Counted from the first letter of the stretch, positions 13,133-25,965 are shown. The stretch is 64,000 bases of DNA from Eledone cirrhosa (GCA_964016885.1 OZ024764.1:2976001-3040000), one strand, 5' to 3'. Translations and numbers: made by a program. The notes: generated from the letters alone by a model not told the origin.

Positions 13133-13345
13133 GGAGTTACAGAACATACAGAAGCTCTGCTTAAAGGACCAGTGCGAGACCGAGAGTGACATGTCCAGTT
13201 GGCAAGGGAGCACTGGTTCCTATGACGACGACTGCTTCGACTTCGATGACCGCACCCTCTGGTCACTCTACTTCACCGTCAAAAACTATAAGAACGCTCT
13301 CGGTCAAAATCTGGCTGAGCCCTTTTACAAGTTACCCAGTCAAAG
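13133..13345 (+). CDS. PBRM1: Polybromo-1 exon: acidic linker and start of bromodomain 3 ([19 protein letters not shown]...[29 protein letters not shown])
   Basis: Acceptor ctag at 13129-13132 after a CT tract, donor GTCAGT at 13346. 213 nt, phase 2 to 2. [13 protein letters not shown] matches PBRM1 BD3 GQLIAEPFYHLPS. Confidence 0.92.
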
Positions 13346-13389
13346 GTCAGTATTTGTTTTTACTTTATTTGTTTGGGGCTGAAGGAAGG

Positions 13390-15262
13390 GTCCTTGTAGA
13401 ATTGTTACATGATAGGGTGCTTAGCTTGGAGGTCAGGAAGTTGCTCTGGGTTGAGCCACTACTTCTAATTGAGAGATCACTGTTCCAATACTACAGACAT
13501 CTGGTCAGAATATAAGTAGCTGAAATGAGGTTTCCTTCAAAGGGTCTTTGGAGTAACATTACTTGATAGACTGCATAGCTTGAAGATCAGAGAGTTGCTC
13601 CAGGTAGAGCTGCCACTTCTCCCCATCAACAGGTCACAGCTCCGATACTATGGACAAGTGGTTGAATATCTAAAGAAAGAATCTCTGGACAAATTTTATG
13701 AGCAAAATCAATAGCTTGGCGATCGTGTAGAGCCACTACTTCTCCGAATTGAGAGATCACAGCTCTGATACTACAGACATGTGGTTAGAATGTCTGAAGA
13801 AAGAACCTCTGAATTGAGAGATCACAGCTCTGATACTACAAACATGTGGTTAGAATGTCTCAGGAAAGAATCTCTGGATTGAGAGATCACAGCTCTGATA
13901 CTACAAACATGTGGTTAGAATGTCTCAGGAAAGAACCTCTGAATTGAGAGATCACAGCTCTGATACTACAAACATGTGGTTAGAATGTCTCAGGAAAGAA
14001 TCTCTGGATTGAGAGATCACAGCTCTGATACTACAGACATGTGGTTAGAATGTCTCGGGAAAGAATCTCTGAATTGAGAGATCACAGCTCTGATACTACA
14101 GACATGTGGTTAGAATGTCTGAATTGAGAGATCACAGCTCTGATACTACAGACATGTGGTTAGAATGTCTCAGGAAAGAATCTCTGAATTGCGAGATCAC
14201 AGGTCTGATACTACAGACATATGGTTAGAATGTCTCAGGAAAGAATCTCTGAATTGAGAGACAACAGCTCTGATACTACAGACATATGGTTAGAATGTCT
14301 CAGGAAAGAATCTCTGAATTGAGAGACAACAGCTCTGATACTACACACATGTGGTTAGAATGTCTCAGGAAAGAATCTCTGAATTGAGAGACCACAGCTC
14401 TGATACTATGGACATGTGGTTAGAATGTCTCAGGAATGAATCACTTTATTGAGAGATCACAGCTCTGATGCTACACACATGTGGTTAGAATGTCTCAGGA
14501 AAGAATCTCTGAATTGAGAGACAACAGCTCTGATACTACAGACATGTGGTTTGAATGTCTCAGGAGAGAATCTCTGAACTGAGAGATCACAGCTCTGATA
14601 CTACAGACATGTGGGTAGAATGTCTGAGGAAAGAATCTCTGAATTGAGAGACCACAGCTCTGATACTACAGACATGTGGTTAGAATGTCTCAGGAGAGAA
14701 TCTCTGAACTGAGAGATCACAGCTCTGATACTACAGACATGTGGTTAGAATGTCTGAGGAAAGAATCTCTGAATTGAGAGACCACAGCTCTGATACTACA
14801 GACATGTGGTTAGAATGTCTCAGGAAAGAATCTCTGAATTGAGAGATCACAGCTCTGATACTACAGACATGTGGTTAGAATGTCTCAGCAAAGAATCTCT
14901 GAATTGAGAGATCACAGCTCTGATACTACAGACATGTGGTTAGAATGTCTCAGGAAAGAATCTCTGAATTGCGAGACCACAGCTCTGATACTACAGACAT
15001 GTGGTTAGAATGTCTCAGGAAAGAATCTCTGAACTGAGAGATCACAGCTCTGATACTACAGACATGTGGTTAGAATGTCTCAGGAAAGAATCTCTGGACA
15101 AATTTTATGGGCAAAACCAACTGGCATTAGACCCAAGCGTAGACCATAAGGAAGATGTTTTGATAACATCCATGCATCTAGTTGGTCTTGCTTGGTGTTC
15201 CAGTTGGATGAATTGGAGACAGTTGCTTCTGATAGGACCCACTGGAAGGTGTGTTTGCTAAC
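13390..15262 (+). mobile_element. Decayed RTE (Expander/Rex3-like) LINE 3' ORF fragment whose IERSQL.YY.HVVRM segment is amplified into a 65-bp satellite (13745-15095)
   Basis: Flanks translate to AEMRF, VEPLLLIERS and QILWAKPTGIRP...ELETVASDRTHW. The unit reads IERSQL*YYRHVVRMSQERIS. Confidence 0.8.
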
Positions 15263-15409
15263 TCTTCCACCACAACCTTTCAAAGAATAAGTGGGCAAAG
15301 AGGAAAATGTGGCTTTATTTATATAGTTGGTCAACCAGTCCAGTTGTGTCTTGGTCCAGGAGAGTGGGGGAGTTAATAGGATAGAAGTAATAATGCTTAA
15401 CTTGCAGAG

Positions 15410-16360
15410 TTTAGAAGTGGTAGTGTTGCTGTCAGTATAAAATACACCCAGTACACTCTGTAAAGTGGTAGTATTGGTGTCATGATAAAATACACCCAGT
15501 ACACTCTGTAAAGTGGTAGTGCTGGTGTCATGATGAAATATACCCAGTACACTCTGTAAAGTGGTAGTGTTGGTGTCATGATAAAATACACCCCGTACAC
15601 TCTGTAAAGTGGTCGTGCTGGTGTCATGATAAAATATACCCAGTACACTCTGTAAAGTGGTAGTACTGGTGGCATGATATAATACACCCAGTGCAGTCTG
15701 TAAAGTGGTAGTGTTGGTGTCATGATATAATACACCCAGTACACTCTATAAAGTGGTAGTGTTGGTGTCATGATAAAATACACCCAGTACACTCTGTAAA
15801 GTGGTAGTGTTGGTGTCATGATATAATACACCCAGTGCAGTCTGTAAAGTGGTAGTGTTGGTGTCATGATATAATACACCCAGTACACTCTATAAAGTGG
15901 TAGTGTTGGTGTCATGATAAAATACACCCAGTACACTCTGTAAAGTGGTAGTGTTGGTGTCATGATAAAATACACCCAGTACACTCTGTAAAGTGGTAGT
16001 GTTGGTGTCATGATATAATACACCCAGTACACTCTGTAAAGTGGTAGTGTTGGTGCTATGATAAAATACACCCAGTACACTCTGTAAAGTGGTAGTGTTG
16101 GTGTCATGATATAATACACCCAGTACACTCTGTAAAGTGGTAGTGCTGGTGCCATGATAAAATATACCCAGTACACTCTGTAAAGCGGTAGTGTTGGGGT
16201 CATGATAAAATACACCCAGTCCACTCTGTAAAGTGGTAGTGCTGGTGCCATGATAAAATATACCCAGTCCACTCTGTAAAGTGGTAGTGTTGGTGTTATG
16301 ATATAATACACCCAGTCCACTCTGTAAAGTGGTAGTGCTGGTGTCATGATAAAATACAAC
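15410..16360. repeat. 48-bp minisatellite (tacacccagtacactctgtaaagtggtagtgttggtgtcatgataaaa)n
   Basis: About 20 units. The core acccagt.cac.ctgtaaagtggt is shared with RTE/SINE tails. Confidence 0.95.
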
Positions 16361-16608
16361 CACTACATTCGTACTTCCCAAATGTGGAACATATGAGCAA
16401 TATTAGGTACCTCATTCATGTGGTCTTCTCTCAGACCACAGCCCACCTAGCTGCCCAGATCAATGTGGTTCACACCAGATCACTGTCCAACAATAAGTTT
16501 ACATAGAATGGGGCACCACCGTGAAGGAATTTTGGGCATCATCTCAACCTCATTATTTTTTACTTTGGTACCCTATTTTTTTTTATTATTATTATTAATC
16601 TGGTTTGC

Positions 16609-18852
16609 TTAACCCCTTTGCATTTAAACTGCCCATATCCGGCCAGAATTCTCTCATCTCTTTCTGTTCAAACTGGCTGTAATTGGTCACTCATACCGAT
16701 GTTAAGGTATTGTTCTCAAAATAAATAACATCAAAATTTCATAGATTCGATATTATGTGAGGTAAAACCTTTGCTGTGAAAATACAATAGTATATATAGA
16801 GTAATGTAAATGTTATGGGAGGTAAAGCCTTTACTGTGAAAATACAATAGTATATATAGAGTAATGTAAATGTTATGTGAGATATTATGTGAGGTAAAGC
16901 CTTTACTGTGAAAATACAATAGTATATATAGAGTAATGTAAACGTTATGTGAGATATTATGTGAGGTAAAGCCTTTACTGTGAAAATACAATAGTATATA
17001 TAGAGAAATGTAAATGTAGTGTGAGATATTATGTGAGGTAAAGCTTTTACTGTGACAATACCATAGTATATATAGAGTAATGTAAAGGTTATGTGAGATA
17101 TGTGAGGTAAAGCCTTTACTGTGAAAATACAATAGTATATATAGAGTAATGTAAATGTTATGTGAGGTAAAGCCTTTACTGTGAAAATACAATAGTATAT
17201 TTAGAGTAATGTAAATGTTGTGTGAGATATTATGTGAGGTAAAGCCTTTACTGTGACAATACAATAGTATATATAGAGTAATGTAAATGTTATGTTAGGT
17301 ATTATGTGAGGTAAAGCCTTTACTGTGAAAATACAATAGTATATATAGAGTAATGTAAATGTTATGTGAAGTATTATGTGAGGTAAAGCCTTTACTGTGA
17401 AAATACAATAGTATATATAGAGTAATGTAAATGTTATGTGAGATATTATGTGAGGTAAAGCCTTTACTGTGAAAATACAATAGTATATATAGAGTAATGT
17501 AAATGTTATGTGAGGTAAAGCCTTTACTGTGAAAATACAATAGTATATATAGAGTAATGTAAATGTTATGTGAGATATTATGTGAGGTAAAGACTTTACT
17601 GTGACAATACAATAGTATATATAAAGTAATGTAAATGTTATGTGAGATATTATGTGAGGTAAAGCCTTTACTGTGAAAATACAACAGTATATATAGAGTA
17701 ATGTAAATGTTATATGAGGTAAAGCCTTTACTGTGAAAATACAACAGTATATATAGAGTAATGTAAATGTCATGTGAGATTTTATGTGAGGTAAAGCCTT
17801 TACTGTGAAAATACAATAGTATATATAGAGTAATGTAAATGTTATGTGAGATATTATGTGAGGTAAAGCCTTTACTGTGACAATACAATAGTATATATAA
17901 AGTAATGTAAATGTTATGTGAGGTAAAGCCTTTACTGTGACAATACAAGAGTAATGTAAATGTTATGTGAGGTAAAGCCTTTACTGTGAAAATACAATAG
18001 TATATATATAGAGTAACGTAAATGTTATGTGAGATATTATGTGAGGTAAAGCCTTTACTGTGACAATACAATAGTATATATAGAGTAATGTAAATGTTGT
18101 GTGAGATATTATGCGAGGTAAAGTCTTTACTGTGAAAATACAATAGTATATATAGAGTAATGTAAATGTTATGTGAGATATTATGTGAGGTAAAGCCTTT
18201 ACTGTGAAAATACAATAGTATATATAGAGTAACGTAAATGTTATGTGAGATATTATGTGAGGTAAAGCCTTTACTGTGACAATACAATAGTATATATAGA
18301 GTAATGTAAATGTTATGTGAGATATTATGTGAGGTAAAGCCTTTACTGTGACAATACAATAGTATATATAAAGTAATGTAAATGTTATGTGAGGTAAAGC
18401 CTTTACTGTGACAATACAAGAGTAATGTAAATGTTATGTGAGATATTATGTGAGGTAAAGCCTTTACTGTGAAAATACAATAGTATATATAGAGTAACGT
18501 AAATGTTATGTGAGATATTATGTGAGGTAAAGCCTTTACTGTGACAATACAATAGTATATATAGAGTAATGTAAATGTTATGTGAGATATTATGCGAGGT
18601 AAAGTCTTTACTGTGAAAATACAATAGTATATATAGAGTAATGTAAATGTTATGTGAGATATTATGTGAGGTAAAGCCTTTACTGTGAAAATACAATAGT
18701 ATATATAGAGTAATGTAAATGTTATGTGAGGTAAAGCCTTTACTGTGAAAATACAATAGTATAGATAGAGTAATGTAAATGTTATGTGAGATATTATGTG
18801 AGGTAAAACCTTTACTGTGAAAATACAATAGTATATATAGAGTAATGTAAAT
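16609..18852 (+). mobile_element. TTAA-terminated (piggyBac-like) non-autonomous element carrying a 72/60-bp minisatellite (16750-18852)
   Basis: Begins TTAACCCCTTTGCATTTAAA. The same end and array recur inverted at 62109-62878. The tandem array is certain, the superfamily is inferred. Confidence 0.65.
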
Positions 18853-19046
18853 GCTTAAGGCTTGAACCATTATGGGACATTTAGAGAAACAGAGACACAC
18901 GGGCAAAAGCACATACACACTCTCTCTCTCACATACACACAATCTCACACATACATATGTACATGCCATTAGTAATACACTGATGCTTAGCAATGGTAAA
19001 ATGCACATACAATATTCACGCACACACACGTACATACATACACACA

Positions 19047-19872
19047 CAGTTGCCCCCCCAGTATTTGCAGGGGTTATGTTCCCAGAATACCCACAAAGAG
19101 TGAAAAACCGCAAATATTGGACGTGGTCCATAAAAATGTCTAAAAACATCAAAATATAATGTAAAATATAATAAAAAAAGAGGGAGAGTCTTATACGAAG
19201 GGGCGTCCAATAGGCCAGCAACTACAGTATATTGTTGTTGATAATTTAGTGTTAAATATATATTGCCACGAAAAAAGCCATAAAATAATCCCGGAAGATA
19301 TTTACGATTCCACGAATATTTGGTGGTTTCCACAAACAATTGTTTGTTTGGTTCTGAGGGAAATTCCACGAATAGCCGCGACAGCAAATGTCGGGTGTAC
19401 ATCATCATCATCGTTTAACGTCCATATTCCACGCTCGCATGGGTTTGGACGGGAGTTTTCCCACTTGAGGCAAGATTGGTTGTCTTGCTCGCATAGGACT
19501 GTCTGGCGGGTTTTCTACGGCTGGATGCCCTTCCTAACACCAACCACATTTACAGTGTGGACTGGGAGGTTTTTACCGTGTTACTTACACGGCCACATTA
19601 CAGCGTGGACTGTGTGTTTTTTTTGTTGTGACACCTACACAACCTCATTTGTTTCGGGCTGGATGTTGTGGTACCAACATAACTTTACATTGAAAGGGGT
19701 GGTGTGGATGGGGTGTTGGTAGTGGGACCGGGGTGTATTTTGTTAGAGGTGCCTACTGACTGTAGTAGGTTTCACTTTGCACTTAGGTAAGGCGGGTCTT
19801 CTCTATTACTGTGTAGCGCCAAAGATCTCGGTCCATTGACATTGTCTTGGAGAGGTGTAAGTGTGTACACTG
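19047..19872. mobile_element. Tc1/mariner (Tigger/pogo-like) MITE with an RTE 3' fragment (19402-19862, minus strand) nested in its right terminus
   Basis: Matches the uninterrupted copy at 48172-48532. GTGTACA is duplicated at 19395 and 19863. Confidence 0.8.
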
Positions 19873-20447
19873 TATATATAAATATATATATATAATTAAA
19901 AGTAGGATGACATATATAAAATTACATCAAACAATTACAGGGGATAATTTGTAAAGAGTGTAAACACACATAGTTGCAGAGGTAACATATTAAAAATTAA
20001 GGAGAACCTTGAATATAGCTACCTTGCAATAATGATTAATCCCCTTTGTATCATTTCATTTTACATCCGCTTTTCCCTGCTTGCAAGGGTGGGACGGGAA
20101 CTGATTCTGGCTTGATTTCTACAGCTGGATGCCCTTCCTAACACCAACCTCATTTACAGTGAGTGGTTGGTGCTTTTTTTCCGTGGCGCCTACACGTCCA
20201 CTTTACAGTGGAATGATAGGGACCCCAGTCCCTATCATCTCATTTCTACAGCTGAGTAAACTGGAGCAATGTGAAATAAAGTGTCTTGCTCAAGGAAACA
20301 ACACATCACCTGGTCTGCGAATTGAACTCACAATCTGTTATAAATATATATATTTATAACAAACAGATTCGAAGCACTCAACAAGTTTTTCTGGAGTATA
20401 ATATCAATGATATTAATAAATAAAAAGTATATTTATAAAACCATATT

Positions 20448-20508
20448 TATTCTATTATATATATTTCAAGGGTACCAAAACTTTGGTACGCGCTCATCAG
20501 ATAAAATA
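20448..20508 (-). ncRNA. Minimal hammerhead ribozyme in palindrome 20400-20672
   Basis: Reverse complement: TATTTTAT-CTGATGA-GCGCGTACCAAAGTTTTGGTACCCTT-GAAA-TATATA-TA-ATAGAATA. The mirror arm has lost CTGATGA. Confidence 0.75.
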
Positions 20509-21861
20509 CAAAGCTTGTTTTATAAATATTGACATATGCAGGTAAAACTTGAACTATGAAGGTCTCGTTCCTGGATATGTCAATATATATAAAACAAGCT
20601 TTGTATTTTGGTACCCTTGAAATATATATAATAGAATAAATATGGTTTCCATTTATTAATATCATTGATATATATATTATATATATATATAACATGGAGG
20701 CACATGGCTCAGTGGTTAGAGCATTGACCTTGCAATCGAAAGGTTGTGAGTTCAATTCTCAGACCGGGTGATGTGTTGTTTCCTTGAGCAAGACACTTTA
20801 TTTCACATTGCTCCAGTTTACTCAGCTGTAGAAATGAGATGATAGGGACTGGGGTCTATATCATTCCACTGTAAAGTGGTCGTGGAGGTGCCACGGCAGA
20901 AAAGCACCCAGCACTCACTGTAAATGAGGTTGGTGTTAGGAAGGGCATCCAGCTCTAGAAATCAAGCCAGAATCAGTTCCCGTCCCACCCTTGCAAGCAG
21001 GGAAAAGCGGACGTAAAATGATGATGATGATGATAACATTAATTGGAAAGGTTTGAAGTGATGAGTGTATATGAATAATCGTAAAATTTGAGTATTCTAA
21101 GGTCGAAAGGTCGAAAGGACCTTTCGAGCTGAATAAAGGTGGCATATTGGCAGAGTGGTTAGAATGTTAGATAGAACACTTTGTGGTATTCATTTCAGGT
21201 TTCTTGTTTCAAATCCCACAGAGTTCAACTTTTCCTTTCATCCTGTTCTGGGGTGGGGGATTCTTCCTCTAGACCTTCCTTTCTCTCTCTGTCTGTCTTA
21301 CCCTGGAAGACATCTGCCGTATTCTCACCTGGAGAAGGATGGGCTCCACCAAGTTTTAGAGTTACCTAGAAACGCTGAATGTCTCTAAGAGTCCCCTACA
21401 ACTCCCATCTGGAGTTGTGGGACCCGAATGAAATGCAAAGCTAACCCTGGTAGGATTTGAGCTCAGAACATAAGGGGCTGTAGACTCTCTGCTTTAAAAT
21501 ATGTCCGATGCTCTACCAATTCTATGTTTAGAACCAGGCCAGTAATGTGAAAGGAGGGGGAAAGTCGATTAAATTGATCCCAATGTATTACTGGTACTTT
21601 ATTTCATCAACCCTGTAAGGATGAAAGGCAAAGCTAACCTTGGTAGGATTTGAACTCAGAACCTAAAGGATGAAGGACTGTAGTGGACTCTCTGCCGTAA
21701 AGCGTGTTGTCTGACGCTCTACCGATTCCACTCCTAACACACCACCCTATCATTTATACATCCATATATTACAATATAATGAAATAGTCGTGATAAATGG
21801 ATGTGTTTTCCCTGTCTTATCCAGTTTCTTGTTCACCAGTCATGTCTATATTTCATTTCAG

Positions 21862-21931
21862 ACAATATCCCGATTATTATGAAGAGATTAAACAACCAAT
21901 GGCTTTGTTTAATGTCCGCAAGAAGATAAAG
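21862..21931 (+). CDS. PBRM1: Polybromo-1 exon, BD3 ZA loop/helix A: (R)QYPDYYEEIKQPMALFNVRKKIK
   Basis: Acceptor tttcag ending at 21861, donor GTAACT at 21932. 70 nt, phase 2 to 0. Contains the bromodomain YPDYY..IK.PM.L motif. Confidence 0.95.
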
Positions 21932-22511
21932 GTAACTATTTCACCTCCCTCCACTCTGTCCGCTTATACCTGCTTGTAAAGGTAGGACGGGTCCTATTCA
22001 GCACAGCATCTCTCCATTTGTCATAGTCCTTCGTCATCTCCTCTGTAAGCTTCAGTGACCTGAGGTCAGCTCTCACCACTTCCGCCCATGATTTTCGTGG
22101 TCTTCCTTCCGCTGGGATTACTTGGCACTTCTTCACCCGACTTCCCATGGGCACAAGCTGAAGCATATATACAGTATGTCCCAACCCACCCTCCCGTGCA
22201 CCCCCATGAGGACAGGCCGAAGTAAATGCACCCATTGAAGCCCCCTCCCTGTACAGTGGTCGTGATAGTGACATTGCAAAGAGTGCCCAGCCCACAGTGT
22301 AAAGTGGACGTGAAGGTGACACGGCAAGAGGCACCTAGCACACATTGTAAATATGGTTGGTGTTAGGAAGGGCATCCAGCCGTAGAAAACCACCCAGAAA
22401 CAGTCCTGCATGATCAAGACACGGTCACCCAATCCAACTTGCCTCTAACCCATGATAGTGTGGAAGATGGACGTTAAATGATGATGATGGTATATATATA
22501 TATATATATAT

Positions 22512-23230
22512 AGGAAACCTACAGTCAGTAGGCACCTCTAACGAAATACCCCCCCATCCCACTACCCCCACCCCATCCACACCACCCCCTTCTATGTAAA
22601 GTTATGTTGGTGCCACAACATCCAGTCCGAAACAAATGAGGTCGTGTAGGTGTCACAACAAAAAAACACACAGTCCACGCTGTAAATGTGGCCGTGTAGG
22701 CAACACGGTATAAACCTCCCAGTTCCACACTGTAAATGTGGTTGGTGTTAGGAAGGGCATCCAGCTGTAGAGAACCTGCCAGAGAGTCCACACTGTAATG
22801 TGGCCGTGTAGGTAACACGGTAAAAACCTCCCAGCCCCACACTGTAAATGTGGTTGGTGTTAGGAAGGGCATCCAGCTGTAGAGAACCCGCCAGACAGTC
22901 CACGCTGTAATGTGGCCGTGTAGGCAACACGGTAAAAACCTCCCAGCCCCACACTGTAAATGTGGTTGGTGTTAGGAAGGGCATCCAGCTGTAGAGAACC
23001 CGCCAGACAGTCCACGCTGTAATGTGGCCGTGTAGGCAACACGGTAAAAACCTCCCAGCCCCACACTGTAAATGTGGTTGGTGTTAGGAAGGGCATCCAG
23101 CTGTAGAAAACCCGCCAGACAGTCCTATACGAGCAAGACAACCACTCCTGCCTCAAGTGGGAAAACCCCCGTCCAAACCCATGCAAGCGTGGAACATGGA
23201 CGTTAAATGATGATGATGATGATGATGATG
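22512..23230 (+). mobile_element. RTE LINE 3' UTR fragment with 112-bp internal tandem repeats. Similar copies at 53959-54690(-) and 55077-55580(+)
   Basis: Matches the 3' UTR of the RTE copies at 25165-25570 and 36866-37385, and ends in (gat)n. Confidence 0.85.
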
Positions 23231-23541
23231 AGGAAAAGAGTCAGGACCCCGACAGCTAGATCCGAACTAAGCCACGAATACTGGTGGCTTAGTTCGGATC
23301 TAGCTGTTGAAACGGCCGGAGGTCAGCCGTCGGGGTCCTGACTGACTCTTTTCCTATTACCCACTCTACTACCCTAAGTATTGAGCACTCTGGTGCATTA
23401 TGGCCCACCTGGTATCTTACCACACCCTCTATGTTATATATATATATAATTCTGGCCAGACTTGTCTCCTGATGTGGACGACCTGTCTAACCCATGCAAG
23501 CATGGAAAAATGGACGCTAATTGATGATGATGATGATGATG

Positions 23542-23607
<66 letters not shown>

Positions 23608-23944
23608 TAACAGATTAAACTTTAATCTGTTATTTTAATAAATATTTGCTCTACGCTTCTTATATATTTGATATATATTTATCCTTATTGAGCCCTCTTT
23701 GGAGTTTAGTCTTCAAATTTATTATTATTACTATATATATATATATTATTATTATGTAATAAACAACATAAGGCAATTATTCCATTTACCAGTGGTTTCT
23801 TAAAAGCAAAAGGTTTTGCTTTCAATCCTCAGAACGGAAAAATCCTGGTTTGTTTATTGAATTTGGATTACAAACAAAAATCTTTTGTTTGTAATCCAAA
23901 AATCTTTTGTTTGTAATCCAAATTCAATAAACAAACCAGGATTT

Positions 23945-24004
23945 TTCCGTTCTGAGGATTGAAAGCAAAACCTTTTGCTTTTAAGAAACCACTGGTAAAT
24001 GGAA
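23945..24004 (+). ncRNA. Hammerhead ribozyme motif with fully paired stems. Mirror copy at 23780-23839(-), within palindrome 23754-24030
   Basis: TTCCGTT-CTGAGGA-TTGAAAGCAAAA-CC-TTTTGCTTTTAA-GAAA-CCACTGG-TA-AATGGAA. Predicted GUA cleavage after 23997. Confidence 0.85.
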
Positions 24005-24120
24005 TAATTCCCTTATGTTGTTTATTACATGATAATAATAATTAAGCTCTGTTGCCTACATAGAGCACTCTTTTTTCCTGGACTTTTCCGATGGAATTAC
24101 TTCATTTATATATATATATA

Positions 24121-25572
24121 TCAGGGCTCTGTTCTCAGTCCACTACTATTTATTATTGCCCTTCAGGCCATAACAGAGGAGTTCAAGACAGGCTGCCCAT
24201 GGGAACTCCTATACGCAGACGACCTGACACTCATAGCGGAATCAATGGCCGAGCTAGAGAAGAAATTCCAAACATGGAAGCACGGCCTAGAGTCAAAAGG
24301 ACTTAAAATTAACCTGGCTAAGACCAAAGTACTAGTTTGTAGGAAAGAAAACAAGGCGGCGGTCCCTTCTGGGAAATGGTCGTGCTCGGTGTGTAGGAAA
24401 GGCGTAGGTAGAAACTCCATTTTATGTCCTAAATGCAAAGTATGGGTGCATAAAAGATGTAGTGGGATCACAGGTAGGCTAACTAAGAACATAGATTTTA
24501 CATGTGGCCGGTGCTCTGGTGCAATAAGTAGCAGCAAGTGCCCACAAACTACTAGCTCTTTCAATTGCGCAGAGGGTTCTATAGAAATAGTGGACAGCTT
24601 CCGTTACCTGGGCGATAAAATCAGCAGTGGGGGAGGGTGCTCTGAAAGTACTGTAGCTAGAGTCAGAACTGGTTGGAAAAAGTTCAGAGAGCTTATACCA
24701 CTATTAGCTGCTAAAGGGTTCTCACTAAAAATGAAAGGCAGGTTGTACGATGCCTGCATACGAACAGCAATGCTGCATGGCAGTGAGACCTGGGCATTGT
24801 GTGCAGAGGATATACGCAGACTAGAGAGGAACGAAGCTTGCATGCTCCGCTGGATGTGTAACAGTAATATACGTGAACGGCAAAGCATAAACGAACTAAG
24901 GAATAAATTAGAGATAAGAGGGATCAGATGTTGTTTACTCGAGAGAAGGCTACGTTGGTATGGACACGTGATGCGCATGAAAGTCGATAGCTGTATAACA
25001 AAGTGCAGGGCAATAAAGATAGACGGTAGTCACGGAATAGGCAGACCTAGAAAAACCTGGGACGAGCTGATAAACTCCGACATCACACACTTACACCTCT
25101 CCAAGACAATGTCACTGGACCGAGACCTTTGGCGGTACTCAGTAACAGAGAAGACCCGCCTTACCTAAATATATAGTAAAACCTACTCCAGCCAGTAGGC
25201 ATCTCTAACAAAATACACCCCGTCCCACCACCACCACCCCCACCCCATCCACACCACCCCGTTCTATGTAAAGTTATGTTGGTGCCGCGCCATCGAGGCC
25301 GAAACAAATGAGATCGTGTAGGTGTCACGACAAAAAAACACACAGTCCACGCTGTAATGTGGCCGTGTAGGCAACACGGTAAAAACCTCCCAGACCCACA
25401 CTGTAAATGTGGTTGGTGTTAGGAAGGGCATCCAACTGTAGAAAACCTGCCAGACAGTCCTATGCGAGCAAGACAATCACTCTTGCCTCAAGTGGGACTA
25501 CCCCCGTCCAAACCCATGCAAGCGTGGAACACGGACGTTAAACGTTGATGATGATGATGATGATGATGATAG
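24121..25572 (+). mobile_element. 5'-truncated RTE LINE: open RT C-terminal half with PHD-type insert, 3' UTR and (gat)n tail
   Basis: QGSVLSPLLF, LLYADD, KTKVL, FRYLG, RLRWYGHVMRM, GRPRKTW. Uninterrupted to the stop at 25168. Confidence 0.95.
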
Positions 25573-25703
25573 TTAGAGAAGCAAAAAATTGCTTATTGTA
25601 ATCCAGTTTTTGGTTAAGAAAGCCAGTTTCATGGATGGTTTCAACGTACGGTTAGGGGTAACTCCACAAGTTTGTAAGAATTTCGTTCAATCTTGGAGTA
25701 TAA

Positions 25704-25965
25704 AGTATAAAAAAGAAAACACAGGTAAGCATTAAGAGAAGGATTTAATCCAGGTATTTACGACCGTTTCATTGGAAAGTGCAACCTTATATTGCTATAC
25801 TGCAAATAGCAGCCACTCAATTATAATTGTTGTTCACAAACAATTATAATTGAGTGGCTGCTATTTGCAGTATAGCAATATAAGGTTGCACTTACCAATG
25901 AAACGGTCGTAAATACCTGGATTAAATCCTTCTCTTAATGCTTACCTGTGTTTTCTCTTTTATAC
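25704..25965. repeat. Near-perfect fold-back palindrome carrying only the hammerhead 3' half (GAAA-CGGTCG-TA)
   Basis: About 125-bp arms around a short loop near 25830-25840, followed by (TA)n. Confidence 0.85.

Noticed and set aside
13745-18852. Regular tandem arrays as possible CRISPR arrays or repeat proteins (320-aa and 374-aa ORFs)
   Set aside because: Units are contiguous with no unique spacers, there are no cas genes, the context is a eukaryotic intron, and the ORFs arise from unit lengths divisible by 3.
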